Both the position numbers and the translations under genes were made by a program. Below are positions 14,505 through 26,599 of a stretch of DNA of 64,000 nt, one piece after another. This stretch comes from Octopus sinensis (taxonomy: Eukaryota). The stretch spans positions 49,352,001 to 49,416,000 of the forward strand of contig NC_043010.1 of assembly GCF_006345805.1 (NCBI RefSeq). Reading direction: 5' to 3'. The notes under the pieces are model-generated. The model worked only from the letters and a program-made list of their open reading frames with translations. It ran no database searches and was not told where the DNA came from. Position 1 is the first letter of the stretch. Each line of letters starts with the position of its first letter.

Positions 14505-14810
14505 GGGGTAAAGACCCCCTTCGATCATGAGTGACCATGGGATTGCACAAGTCCGAGCAAGGTTGTTATGGAAGACCAGCAGTCACTCATGCATTTCAAC
14601 CTCCCCTCTTCGCGCCACCGATGTTATCCAAGCGAAAGGCAAAGGAAGATACAGCTTGGGCACGTCGCAACTCATTTCTACTGCTGAGTAAACTGAAGCA
14701 ACGTGAAATGAAGTGTTTTGCTCAAGAACACAACACACAGCCTAGTTCAGGAATCGAACTCACTACCTCAAGACTGTGAGCCCGACGCTCTAACCACTGA
14801 GCCATGCGTA
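14505..14810 (-). mobile_element. SINE family C
   Basis: Reverse tRNA-like head (GGTTAGAGCG...GAGTTCGATTCC). Body is shared with 20355-20705 and 38495-38800. Confidence 0.8.
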
Positions 14811-14825
14811 TTATATTTAATGTGT

Positions 14826-15060
14826 CCTAGGCGGCGAGCTGACAGACGCGTTAGCGCGCCGGGCGAAATGTTTAGTGGTATTTCGTCTGTCGTTACGTTC
14901 TGTGTTCAAATTCCACCGAGGTCGACTTTGTCTTTCATCCTTTCGGGGTCGATAAATAAAGTACCAGTTTCGCATTGGGGTCGATGTAATCGACTTAATC
15001 CCTTTGTCTGTCCTTGTTTGTCTCCTCTATGTTTAGCCCCTTGTGGGCAATAAAGAAATA
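14826..15060 (+). mobile_element. SINE family D with 14-bp TSD
   Basis: TSD TATATTTAATGTGT at 14812-14825 and 15061-15074. Has GTTCAAATTCC B box and the Meta-like domain. Confidence 0.88.
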
Positions 15061-16249
15061 TATATTTAATGTGTACTTTCCTTTTTCTACGTCAATAGCC
15101 GTCATAAAACGATGTAATATCTAGTTACATCGCTTTATAATGAATTCAAATCGCACCGAATCAACTTTGTCTACCTTTTTTTTTGTTTCTTCTAGGGTCG
15201 ATAAAATAAAACATTAACTATAACTGGTTAACCCCACTTCCTGTTCAGAAAATACATCGTTTTGCCTATGTTAGAAATCAATAATTATGTTATTACACTA
15301 CAAATACGACTTCATGAATATAGAAATAAAATGTAGCTGAAATAATTTCAGAGAAAACTTATTCGAAAATAAACTTTTCAGAAGACAAAAAAAAAAAAAA
15401 AAGGAAAGAAAGAAAATTAAAACCGACTTTAATAATAACATATCTGGTCAGTTACTAACCTGACAGAGAACAAACATACATCTCTTAGTGGAAGCAATCT
15501 CTCTTGTGTCATTCATAGTTGCCAATTCCAAATAAACTTCAAGAAAATGTGCATCCAAACATCATCTTATGTGAAACGATTGAACGGTTTTCATTCACTC
15601 TACGCATTCTTAAATGAAACTGAATCATAGCTATTTCAATATCAATGTCTAGTACACATATTTATGTCAAATACTGTCAAACATGTTTCAGTGAGCATCT
15701 AACCGTTGTAGCTATACTTCTTGAGACGCAAGGTTTTCAAACAAACCTGCTATTTGACGAAATTTCGAAGACAAAAACCAGTTGTATTGTCTGTGGCATT
15801 CCTTTGATAGCCCTGACAGATTATTTTCTACGCCACCACTGCTGTCTCCTGGGAGTTATTTTGCTCTGTTTGCATTTGAAATCAAAATGGACAAACTTTG
15901 TGACGGAACCCTAATTAAATGTGAAATGACCTCTAAGTACATATAAAATTCACTCTGATTCTATATTGCGTGATCACAAATACACACACGTATGTACTTA
16001 TAATGGCTTAGTGCTCGTGAGTTCAACTCCTGGACCTGACGGCGCGTTGTACTCTGAATTGAGCCAAGCACATAATTTCGAGTTGCTTCAGTATACTCGG
16101 CTGAAATGCATACCAGCTGTCTGCTGGTGCAGCTCTCTATGTGCCTTCAGCTGTCACATCCTTGATATTCTGCTGGGCCGAGAGTGAGAAGGCCAAAAGG
16201 GTGTCTGAGTCTACTTCGACTACATAAGCACCGAAAAACACGGAAGTGT

Positions 16250-16309
<60 letters not shown>

Positions 16310-16454
16310 CTATGAAGATATAATCAGAGAGAAACTAATTAAGTGTTTTGAAGATATTGGTTTGCTAAGTGATACGCGGCATAGTTTCTGTCCAAATAGG
16401 GGTTACATCTTACAACTACTAGTGGATACTGAAGTTCTCAACCAATGAAAGATA

Positions 16455-16638
16455 CCGTATTTTAGCATGTGTAAGGAATCCTCGTGTATAAGGAACTCCC
16501 TAATTTGGGGGTTGGGGCTTAAAATTGGGGGAAAATGTCTTGTAAGGGATTATAATACTATCCATGTATAAGAAATTCCCATATTTTTTAAACCTAATTT
16601 TTGACCAAAAAGGGTTCCTTATACACGTTAAAATATGG
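16455..16638. mobile_element. MITE with CCGTA-type TIRs and TA TSD
   Basis: TA|CCGTATTTTAGCATGTGTAAGGAA ... TTCCTTATACACGTTAAAATATGG|TA. Confidence 0.85.
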
Positions 16639-16711
16639 TAGTTGTGATATTTCTGGAGTTTGCAATACCAATCCAGCTGTAATACTACAAGCTTTCTAAC
16701 CTTGGCTCATT

Positions 16712-17368
16712 TTAGAGGCATGTGACGTTTTGGGGGAGAAGAGTGAAAGAGTTGCAAATTGTTACACTTTTAAAAGAAGCCCACTGTGGTGTTATGGGCT
16801 GTGATGAGCTATGTGGTGTTGGTGGAGAGGATGGTAGATGAGGTAAAAAGGAAGTAAAGACTGCAGGGGCCGGCGGAAGAGTGACAGGGGCATGCGTGGG
16901 CAGGAAGCACGTGTGGTGAGTTCGAGCAGAGACTGCAGCGAGAAAAGACGTATCTATTTCGTGAGAGTGACCGCTCATTCCGCCGAGGTCAACAGGTAAG
17001 GCCTTTAGTATTTCTTTCTCCCGTATGCTACTTTTTATGTTGTCCTTTTCTTCCATCACACTACACCCACAATATTTGATGAGGGCATTCAGGAAACTAT
17101 CTGAAGGCTCCTTAGGCATATGTTTATGATTTTGTGTAGCTTTGAAGTTTTGTAGATTCTTAGATTTTCCTGTTGCTTTTTGGGAGTCTAATAGAAAGAA
17201 AGTGTCAAAATCAGGTTTTAAGCGGTAGGTAAGGGGATTTTTTTTTTCCGTTCTGCGTTTCTGTCTTCTTTGCAACGTTTTCTGTTGACTGACATTTGAG
17301 TAACACTTGAGAAGAACGTTTCCTTGAATTGGAGTGCAGTTGTGTCGAAGTTGATGTAATGATGACAT
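16712..17368 (-). CDS. 218-codon ORF of unknown function with Pro/Ser/Thr-rich C-terminal half (possible exon)
   Basis: Longest non-microsatellite ORF in the window. Preceded by acceptor-like gtcaacAG|CC ATG. No recognisable domain. Confidence 0.35.
   Translation of the reverse strand: MSSLHQLRHNCTPIQGNVLLKCYSNVSQQKTLQRRQKRRTEKKNPLTYRLKPDFDTFFLLDSQKATGKSKNLQNFKATQNHKHMPKEPSDSFLNALIKYCGCSVMEEKDNIKSSIREKEILKALPVDLGGMSGHSHEIDTSFLAAVSARTHHTCFLPTHAPVTLPPAPAVFTSFLPHLPSSPPTPHSSSQPITPQWASFKSVTICNSFTLLPQNVTCL
16830..16997 (+). promoter_or_regulatory. Possible GC/CpG-rich promoter and first exon ending in a strong splice donor
   Basis: CGGAAG (16874), GCATGCG (16890), E-box CACGTG (16908), donor CAG|GTAAGG at 16995/16996. 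Confidence 0.35.
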
Positions 17369-17629
17369 GGCTGTTGACGTTAATAGTTGGCGTTGGTAAT
17401 GTATACTACTCTATATAATTATGTTTAGTTTACTTCAATCATTGCGGAATATAACAGAAACTCGCACACTGATTTTATTATATACTCTCTGAAGCGTTTT
17501 GCCGTTTATTTTGTGATTTTTATGGAGTACAAATTTTGTCAATTTTCTGCGGTTTGTTGTCGTCGTCGTCATCATCATCATCATCATCGTTCTTACCTCC
17601 ACCTTAGCGATGGAGGATGTGTTGGTTTT

Positions 17630-17780
17630 AGTCGTGTCTATTTGTCCGTGAACAAGTTATCTCAAGAACCGCAGGATGGATTTGGATGAAACTTTCAAGG
17701 ATGTTTGGCCTCGTGACTGGCACGAACTGATTAGATTTTGGGATCGATCCGGTACCGGACAAGGATTCTGGATTATTTGT
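17630..17780 (+). mobile_element. Helentron/DINE-like non-autonomous fragment
   Basis: TGTCCGTGAACAAGTTATCTC...GGATTTGGATGAAACTTTCA and palindrome GATCCGGTACCGGA. Confidence 0.45.
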
Positions 17781-18179
17781 TATATTTACTTTATTTTACA
17801 TGAAGTATTACGAACTTACGTTTACTTTCAAGTCTTTCTCTGATTATCTCCCTTGAAAGCACGCTCATGGTTTCCACGTAAATTATGGCGGTGTTGCTGA
17901 TTCCAAAGTTTTATTCCCATTTCCCTATTATTAATTTTACTCGTGTCTCTATCTTAGCAGAAACTGATGGATAAAGAATCAAACTACATAAACAAACGAC
18001 AGCAAAACCGTTAAGATATTAAATAACATTAACATATTCAGTAATACTAATAAATTTAATTTATCCTCGACAATTTTTAGTTTTACCAATTTTGAATATA
18101 TCGCCCCTGTTTGAAACCTCTCACCTACTTGACAATTGCATTTCTAACTTTGCCCTGAAAGAAGCTTTACTTCTTGCAC

Positions 18180-18345
18180 ACACCTTTTTGTGCTCAACGA
18201 TGTTGTTAAACCTCTGTTAACAGCACCGTATGCAGGTCATTTCCGCTTTCTTTCACGCACAGATAAGCTTTTCACTATAGACCTTAATGATCATAAAGAC
18301 ACTATATCAGTGGATAGACTAAAAAAGGCCTTCATAGAGAAAACT
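18180..18345 (+). pseudogene. Ty3/Gypsy integrase C-terminal remnant
   Basis: LNDVVKPLLTAPYAGHFRFLSRTDKLFTIDLNDHKDTISVDRLKKAF matches the GPY/F-type PY.GP...SVDRLK motif. Confidence 0.85.
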
Positions 18346-18401
18346 GTCCTTGTCCCCATTGCAAACGATACACACAGCATTACAAATACAGCCCGCATAA
18401 C

Positions 18402-18460
<59 letters not shown>

Positions 18461-18490
18461 CATTATTATTATTATTATTAGTTGTTGTTG
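18402..18490. repeat. (TTA)n microsatellite
   Basis: Direct observation. Confidence 0.95.
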
Positions 18491-18997
18491 TTCTTCCCTT
18501 GTTTAGTTATTTGATGCTGGATGCTGTTACTTTTATTGAAATGAGGGTTTGTATTTTTTATGTTAACTTGTGATACATGTATGTTTTTTTCTGTGTTAGT
18601 GGCTATGATGTTGTCGATCCTGTTTCTTCATAGATTTGCAGAAGATTTGGTTGCAGTTTTTAGCAGGTCATACAACCATTTAAAAGTTCCTTTCTTGTTT
18701 CTCGTGGAATTTAGTGTTTCAGTTAGCTGGATAAGGAGCAAAATTCTATACTTGAACTTCATTTGAAAACAATTATTGAGAGAAAATAGAATTTTAACAC
18801 TGTGAAGTATATTTGCCACCTAAATGTGGCTAACCACTAAGAGTGGGTGCTACTGTAGCTTGTAGCCCCAGGAGAACATCTTCTCCACTTGGCTATTGAC
18901 ACACTTTCTGTGCCCTATCAGTATTTGCAAAGGGAAGTCATCCTTCCCATCGTCAACCTGACGTGATACGCATGGACTTGGGTTTCTGGGTATTTAC

Positions 18998-19086
18998 CTG
19001 TCGTCAGCGCACGACAATCACCGGTCTTCGATGTGAAGGGGTCCCAATGCAAATACATAGATCCTTTTTCCGGTGACGAAAAGTCA
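18998..19086 (-). CDS. Candidate internal exon (phase 2-1), FN3-like N-terminal strands
   Basis: Acceptor cttgtttacactttttcgagatcAG; DFSSPEKGSMYLHWDPFTSKTGDCRALTT; strong donor ACAG|GTAAAT. Confidence 0.45.
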
Positions 19087-19169
19087 CTGATCTCGAAAAA
19101 GTGTAAACAAGCAATAATAAATCTCTGCACTGTTTAAATTAAACAAATGGAATTAAAACAATAATGCAC

Positions 19170-19322
<153 letters not shown>

Positions 19323-19711
19323 CTAGTGATTTTGATGTGTCTGGTGAGTTGGTGTTGTTTAGTCTCAGGTGGCCTTATTCATTCAGATCTATAACCAAAA
19401 ACCATTCCAGTACAGCTACCCAGTCTTTTAATCTGCCTTGGTACATCGAGGATCACATTATCCAATGCATTCTTCTTTTCTAAAACAGTAGAGTATGATT
19501 CTAAGAAAATTAGGCAGCTATTTCATGTAGTCAAGCAACTGCATATAGGCTTCCTTACAGGCTTGTGAGTAGACAAAGTCTCCTGGCTCTTTGACATTTA
19601 AGAGGCAACCCAGATGGTGAAGATATGTTACATGTAAGCTGAATAACTCTTTTCAGCATCATTGTTCACTTCATTTACCACACAGGCATCATTGTAAAGA
19701 GTTGTTGCATG

Positions 19712-19855
19712 GATGATGATGATGATGATGATGATGATGGTGATGGGTGGCAGTAGCAGTGTTGGTAGTGATTATGATGAGGCTGATGACGATGACATTG
19801 ATGGCAATGATGATGATGATGATGATGATGATGAAAATGATGATGATGATGATAA
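19712..19855. repeat. (GAT)n-rich microsatellite
   Basis: Direct observation. Confidence 0.93.
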
Positions 19856-20354
19856 TGTGCATTTACAATGTGCAGCTGCTATTCTGGTTACCAATTCAAG
19901 GAGGCTATCAAAAAGCCATTCTTCAGTTACACAAGAATGGTATTACAAGTATTTTATCTCCGCTTCAGAATATATCACTCTCAGTTAGTGTGCAGCAAAT
20001 GCTGAAGAGCAAAAGGTATGCTGTTAGCTGAGACTAGCCTGCAATGCGACTTAAGATTCTTGGCTGTAACTATTTCACTTTGCCTGCACTGCTATTACTA
20101 TATGGGAGGGTATATGACTACTACAGCCCTTACTCATAAGAAAATACATCTTGGTAAAATGTATCATGCTTTTGTTTATTGTCTTAGGTGCCCAGGTAGT
20201 CATTAGCAAATGCAGACACTCTTTGACCCTATTACCCTTCCCCTACAGTTATATCCAGGATGTATCAGCTAGCTGGAAAGAAGGTTGCAACTATCACTAA
20301 CTCAATTTACTAATTTCCTCTTTAAAATATAAAACTTTTGTATTTTGTCATTGT

Positions 20355-20705
20355 TATGCTTATGCTGCTACTGAGACTCCTTCGGTCATGACTGACCACG
20401 GGATTGCAACAAGAAAGTTGCCCTCCCAGGCACAAGTCTGGGCAATGATGTTTATGGAAGTCCTGCAGTCACCCATGCATACCGGCCTCCTCTCTCCAAG
20501 CCACCGATGTTATCCAAGGGAAAGGCAAAGGCCAATACAGTTTGGCACCTGTGATGCTGCAACTCATTCCTACAGCTGAGTGAACTGGAGCAATATGAAA
20601 TAAAGTGTCTTGCTCAAGAACACAACACGCAGCCCGGTCCAGGATTCGAACTCACAACCTCACGAATGTAAGCTCGATGCTCTAACCACTAAGCCATGCA
20701 CCTTC
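20355..20705 (-). mobile_element. SINE family C
   Basis: Reverse of the 38495-38800 type; B box GAGTTCGAATCC on the minus strand. Confidence 0.82.
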
Positions 20706-21604
20706 ATTTCATCATTGTAATAATTCTGAATTGTTGAAAATATTTAAAAAAAAAGTGTAGTACCCTCTGGATGACTGTGAATATGAAGTGAGGTAACAAC
20801 CACCTCACAATGTGAGGTGGGATTAGAAATTTGGATTTGAAATTAAGAAATATGAAAAGGATAAATGAGTTCACATATATAAATATATATATTACATGGA
20901 AAAATGCGAGCATGAAAAGTAATATTCTTAAGATTATAAACCTGGAAAAGTACAGGACAAGTTGTTACACCTGGAAAAGTATAGGACAAACTATTACTTC
21001 TAGTAAAGAATAAGAAACTTTTTACTTAAAATATTACAGCATAGAATGCCAGTTCCTCTAATTTATCACTCTTTACAGTTCTCATCTTTAAATTTATTGT
21101 ACAAAACTGTTCAGCTAATTTGTAAGTTTGTCTAATTAGTCACTTTTTCTCTATTTAAGATAGCAAATTAACCAAATTCTACTTAAATAAGTATATAGTG
21201 TTATTTGAAAACTATAATAAAATATTTTTTAATATTGAAATTATAATTTTAGCTGCAATATTTTAAGTAAAAAGTTTCTTATTCTTTACTTTGAGAATTG
21301 AATTAGTGGTGAAGCTTGGAAGCTGCTGCGATTGATGAAATGGGGACTTTAAGAATATATTCAACCACTGCCGTGGTTGAATGATATAATCTAAATTCTT
21401 TTTTTAATTATATATGGTGAAGTCCTTACAGTTTGTAGTAAGTGGTAATCATGTATAGCACTATTTCATCCTTATTAGAAATCTTCAGCATGACTTAACC
21501 TGTAAATTTGTAAATTAGATATATAATGAAAAGAGATGAAAATCGAAGTCAAAATCACAGTAAAAATCTCAATCAAATCGAAATCAAAATGGAAATTGTA
21601 GTTG

Positions 21605-21957
21605 TGGCTGATGCCAGTGCTGCCTGATAGGCACCTGTGCTGGTGGCATGCAATAAGCACTATTCATGCGTGGGTCGATGCCAGTGTCACCTGACTGGCT
21701 CCCTGTACTGGTGGCAGGTAAAAAGCACCATCTGAATATGGCCAATGCCAGTGCTGCCTGACTGGCTCCTGTGCCGGTGGCACATAAAAAGCACCCACTA
21801 CACTCTTGGAGTGGTTAGCGTTAGGAAGGGCATCCAGCTTTAGAAACCTTGTCAGATCAGACTGGAGCCAGGTGCAGCTTCCTGGCTCGCCAGTCCCCAG
21901 TCAAACCATCCAACCTATGCCAGCATGGCAAATGGATGTTAAACGATGATGATGAGA
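21605..21957 (+). mobile_element. 3' end of RTE-type LINE with ~65-nt tandem units and (GAT)n tail
   Basis: GCGTTAGGAAGGGCATCCAGC and ATGCCAGCATGG...AAACGATGATGATGA. Reverse copies at 26037-26345 and 29485-29860. Confidence 0.75.
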
Positions 21958-22464
21958 TGTTACAATAAAATTAACGATGAAGTTAATTACAAATTGTCGA
22001 AAGTACACCTTTTTCCAGAGAACATTGTAAATTTAAGAAAATTATCAAAGTGTTTAAGTATAAAGTGATTGCAGTCTGAAATTTAAGAAGACCTGCGATT
22101 TGCTATTTTTTTTCTTAGTATTGAACTGTGAAGTCCAGTGCTATGAGTTATACATGCAACAAGCTTCAACACAGTTTCTGCTGCTTAAATTCCACTCACA
22201 AGATATTGGTTAACCTGAGGCTATGATGAAACACACTTCCTCAAGGTACCATACAGAGGGAACAAGTTTGAAACTATACAGTATGCAGTCGCAAAATAAG
22301 CTTTTTAATCAAACAACCATACCTGAAACCACATTTTGCTATTTACCTTTGCAATGTGTGTGTGTGTGTGTGTGTGTGCATTTATTTTTTGGAACATTGG
22401 ATCTTTAGGCATATCGCATAAAGATAAGCTATGAATAACAACATGTGACTATAGGGTTGAAAAG

Positions 22465-22634
22465 CAACACACACACACACACACTCACACATACACACAC
22501 ACACACACATACACACATATATATGAATATACACAAGCACTCACACACCTATTTGTATATGTGTGTGTGTATGTGTGTGTATATATGTATACATACATAT
22601 ATATATATGTGTGTATAGATATACATATACATAC

Positions 22635-22696
<62 letters not shown>

Positions 22697-22724
22697 TTAA
22701 TATATATTATATATATATATATAT

Positions 22725-22795
<71 letters not shown>

Positions 22796-22800
22796 CATAT
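22465..22800. repeat. Compound CA/TA/TG microsatellite
   Basis: Direct observation. Confidence 0.95.
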
Positions 22801-23176
22801 ATATTTGAGAACTGTTCTGTTGTAAACAACAGATGAAGGTTGTGCAACTTCTTGCCAGACACCCTGCGCAGATGATTTATTCATAGTGATAAAGTGTTTG
22901 TGCTGTACCTTAGCTCACACCTCCATCCATCAAATAGAGATTACCTACACATGTGTACAGTGTGCGAAATGTCAGATGTTGAAGTGCTCATTGAACAACG
23001 TATACATATACTCATATTCTGAGCTCTATTTTCCCTTAGCAGAAGTAACTTGATAAGTGCCACACATGAAACTATTGAACTTTGAGTCACTCTATAACTC
23101 CAGCTAAATATTTTTTTAAATGTACATACTCTCATATTTTGAGTTCTATTTTTCCTGTTTGTATCAACAGACCTGT

Positions 23177-23209
<33 letters not shown>

Positions 23210-23323
23210 AACACATATGTATGTATATATATATAGTTAATCCAAACATGAAAACACAACAATGCGAGGACATGGAACAAATATAGTATTATTGGATGCT
23301 CAGGAAGGAAGGGAAGAAGGAGG

Positions 23324-23358
23324 GTTTTACGTTTCGAGCGGAGCTCTTCGTCAGAAAC
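23324..23358 (-). ncRNA. Minimal type I hammerhead ribozyme motif (Penelope-like pLTR context)
   Basis: Minus strand GUUU-CUGACGA-A-GAGC UCC GCUC-GAAA-C-GUA-AAAC: conserved core, 4-bp stem II, 4-bp stem I, loopless stem III. Confidence 0.65.
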
Positions 23359-23457
23359 ATAGGAAAAGGAAAGATCCAGAGAAGGGAAGACGGAGGAAAA
23401 AAAATCGCCAATGGTACACACACGGTCACATTATATATATATATATATATATATATA

Positions 23458-23836
23458 CACTTGCGTCAGAAATTAATTAGCACTTCTCAAATTACTACAT
23501 TAAATAGGTTAAATCAATTAACCTATGAGCTGTTCAAAACGTCTTACGCGATGAGAAAACTTAGTATGGTGTGATTTCGGTCCTTGCGAGGCGCTACCTA
23601 TATCTATTAAACAAAGGAAGATTTGTCTGCATCGCACTCCAAGTTGTTGTTGCACTGCTATGTCAACATCATAAGGCTGTAGACTCTCAAACTGCTCTGC
23701 AAACAAAGTTACGTCATCGTTCTGCGCAACAGTGAACTCGCAACAAAGCAATAGTTCGAGATATGGCCACTAGGTGACAGCACATACCTTGAGTGAAGAG
23801 CAAATCAAGGGTGCTAATTAATTTCTGACGGTAGTG
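23458..23836. mobile_element. Internally deleted Tc1-like element in a (TA)n target
   Basis: 26-bp TIRs CACTTGCGTCAGAAATTAATTAGCAC / GTGCTAATTAATTTCTGACGGTAGTG (2 mismatches), flanked by TA. Confidence 0.9.
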
Positions 23837-23856
23837 TATATATATATATATAGTTG

Positions 23857-24160
23857 TTTGTTTGTTCCCGGGCCATGCCTGGCTCATTAGGACTGGTTTT
23901 CCAGTTTCCTTGGTGTATAGGTTCCGCACCTGGACGGGACGCTGGTCCATCGCAGGTGAGCTGCAAGATGCAGGAGAAAAGGAGGAAAGAGTGAGAGAAA
24001 GTTGTGGTGAAACAGTCAGCAGAAGTTCGCCATTACCTTCTGCTGGAGCCACGTGTAGTTTAGGTGTTTCACTCATAAACACACACATAGCCTGGTCTGA
24101 GATTTGAACCCGCGATCCCTCGACCGTGAGTCCACTGCTCTAACCACTGGGCCATGTGCC
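23857..24160 (-). mobile_element. SINE family B (V-like centre, tail type 3)
   Basis: Minus-strand head TGGCCCAGTGG...GGTTCAAATC, centre TGCGATGGACC..CGTCCCGTCCAG, AACA-repeat tail. Confidence 0.82.
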
Positions 24161-24204
24161 TCCACACACACACACACATATATATATACATACATATATA
24201 TATA

Positions 24205-24235
<31 letters not shown>

Positions 24236-24236
24236 C

Positions 24237-24312
<76 letters not shown>

Positions 24313-24588
24313 CACATATATATGCAGACACATACATATACATATATGTGAACACATATAAATGAATATATGCAAGTGCTGTGAATACAACAGATTGAAC
24401 ATTATATATGCAAATAGAAGTCTGAGATTAATGAAATCAAAGTATTTGAGAGTGTAAAATTAATATCTTTGTGTGTGTGTGCCAAACTGAAGAATCCAAT
24501 CATTATACATCATAGATTGATGGATTTATAAGCTAGTATCCGTAGCATTGTTCTCAGAACCTCACCTCTGTTTACAGTTTCTCTGCAG

Positions 24589-24771
24589 GTTTCAGCATTT
24601 AGAAGTTCACACTGAATATTTTAGTATCATAGAAATTCTAAATCTCATATCACACCTGCATGCCTCTGAACAGAAGAGCTTGAAAATTATCGTGTGATTT
24701 AGGGGAAATGAAGAACAGAATCTGGTAACAGTATACTGCCTGTGATTATGAACTTCATAAGCCATAACCAG
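24589..24771 (+). other. Candidate plus-strand exon with GC-type donor
   Basis: Acceptor tttacagtttctctgcAG and donor CCAG|GCAAGT. All three frames entering from the acceptor hit stops; an internal ATG at 24748 gives MNFISHNQ in phase 0. Confidence 0.3.
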
Positions 24772-25579
24772 GCAAGTATGAATTAGTATGTGACATGATT
24801 TCATTAATTGCTTTAGCTGCCTAATTAGTCATAAGCACCCTTTTGTTTCTCCTACATCAGACCCGTCTGTGAAATATCAAGGATGTGACTGACAGAGGGG
24901 AGAGGACTGCACCAGTATTATAAGGCTAGAATTCATTATCAGTTGGGTTGACTGGAGGAGCATGAAATGAAGTAGGTTTCTCAAGGACGCAAGGCACCAA
25001 CACAGACTAGGAATTGAAAACACGCCCTCACAATAGTCAGGAAAACACCTTTACTACAGGGCAACACATCTCTTTTTTAAATTATGGGTGATTTAAAGAA
25101 GAAGTAGGAGGAGGAGGAGGAGCAAGAGTATGATGATGATGATGATGATGAGGAGGAGGAGGAGGAGGAGGAGGAACAGGGTTGATCTACATACAGATGT
25201 CTACAAATGTCTTAGCAGTGAGCAAGGTCAAAAGAAAGATAAAATTAAAATTCTCGCAGTGAGTTCAGGGGAAGTGGAAATCTGAAAAGCACCTGAGGCC
25301 AAACTGGGAAATCAGTGATAAAAATCTAGTGAAAACCATCAACTGAAGAAGAGTGGTTGTTGTTACTGCTGTTTAGCCCCAGGGCAGCCTATGGCAAAAC
25401 AGACCTTTGATAAAAGGCTCTCAATCCATGATCATACCATCTTTTTCTTAAATAGTATAACTGAGACAACATTTTCTAATCTAGTGAAGCCTACGTCATT
25501 TAGAATGGCCTTCTCTGTACCAATCGATAGAAAATTGGCTGCTACTTCTTATTTCTTAATTGCCCACAAGGGGCTAAAC

Positions 25580-25775
25580 ATAGAGGGGACAAACAAGGAC
25601 AGACAAAGGGATTAAGTTGATTACATCGACCTCAGTGCATACTGGTACTTAATTTATCGACCCCGAAAGGATGAAAGGCAAAGTCGACCTCGATGGAATT
25701 TGAACTCAGAATGCAGTGGTGGACGAAATACCACAAAGCATTTTGCCCGGCGTTCTAACGTTTCTGCTAGCTCGC
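25580..25775 (-). mobile_element. SINE family D
   Basis: Reverse complement of the 14826-15060 type. Confidence 0.82.
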
Positions 25776-26036
25776 TATTTCTTGCAGGTTGAGTGACCAC
25801 ATACAGCAGTTATGGGTTAACTTTGGCTTGTGGGATTTTCTGAAGGCACACCTGTTTCGTGTAGCCCACTTCTCAAAAAATGTTGCTTGATACAGAACAA
25901 CATCCCTTAACTTGTCTAAAGAGTAATAGTTCTTATGGCTTGGTATGAGATGACTGTTGTTCAATGTAGCTCAGTAGATCTAGGAATAGTATATGAAATC
26001 ATTCAGAGACTCCTAAGATGGAATTTCTTGCTTCAT

Positions 26037-26345
26037 CATCATCATCATCATCATCATCATTTAGCGTCCGCTTTCCATGCTAGCATGGGTTGGATGGTTC
26101 AATTGGGGTCTGTGAAGCCAGAAGGCTGCATCAGACCCAGTCTGATCTGGCAGTGTTTCTACGGCTGGATGCCCTTCCTAACGCCAACCACTCCGTGAGT
26201 GTAGTAGGTGCTTTTTACGTGCCACCCGCACAGGTGCCAGACGGAGCCGGCAAACGGCCACGGACGGATGGTGCTTTTTACATGCCACCAGTACGGGGGC
26301 CAGGTGAGGCTGGCAACGGCTATGGACAGATGGTGCTTTTTACAT
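26037..26345 (-). mobile_element. RTE-type LINE 3' end with tandem 62-63 nt units
   Basis: (CAT)n tail, GGATGCCCTTCCTAACGCCAACC, and GGTGCTTTTTAC units at 26207, 26270 and 26332. Confidence 0.78.
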
Positions 26346-26599
26346 GCCATTCACAGACAAGCAAATGAGGAGACATTATTCCTAAGTAAAATTCAGAATG
26401 AGATGTAAAAAATATGAAAGCTGAAAACGACAAGAATGAAATATGACTGGATAAGTAATGTGTGAGAGAGTTCAGGGGAATTGGAAATCTGAAAAGCACT
26501 GGAGGCCAATCTGGGAAATCAGTGATAAAAATACAGTGAAAACCATCGACTGGAGAAGAGTGCTTGTTGTTACTATTGCTTAGCCTAAAGCTTGAATAG

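Noticed and set aside
19713-19988. Acidic poly-Asp / poly-Met ORFs
   Set aside because: Products of a (GAT)n repeat, with no splice or codon support.
21359-21382. Perfect 10-bp hairpin ATTCAACCAC-TGCC-GTGGTTGAAT
   Set aside because: Short and isolated; such hairpins can arise by chance in 64 kb, and there is no supporting context.
22941-23175. Minus-strand exon-like frame with internal ~35-bp duplication
   Set aside because: The acceptor is embedded in a microsatellite, the peptide is unconvincing, and the phase does not fit the other candidate exons.
26207-26345. Repeat-spacer-like array resembling CRISPR
   Set aside because: Only ~3 degenerate units whose 'spacers' are related to each other. 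It lies inside a LINE 3' end in a eukaryotic genome with no cas genes.
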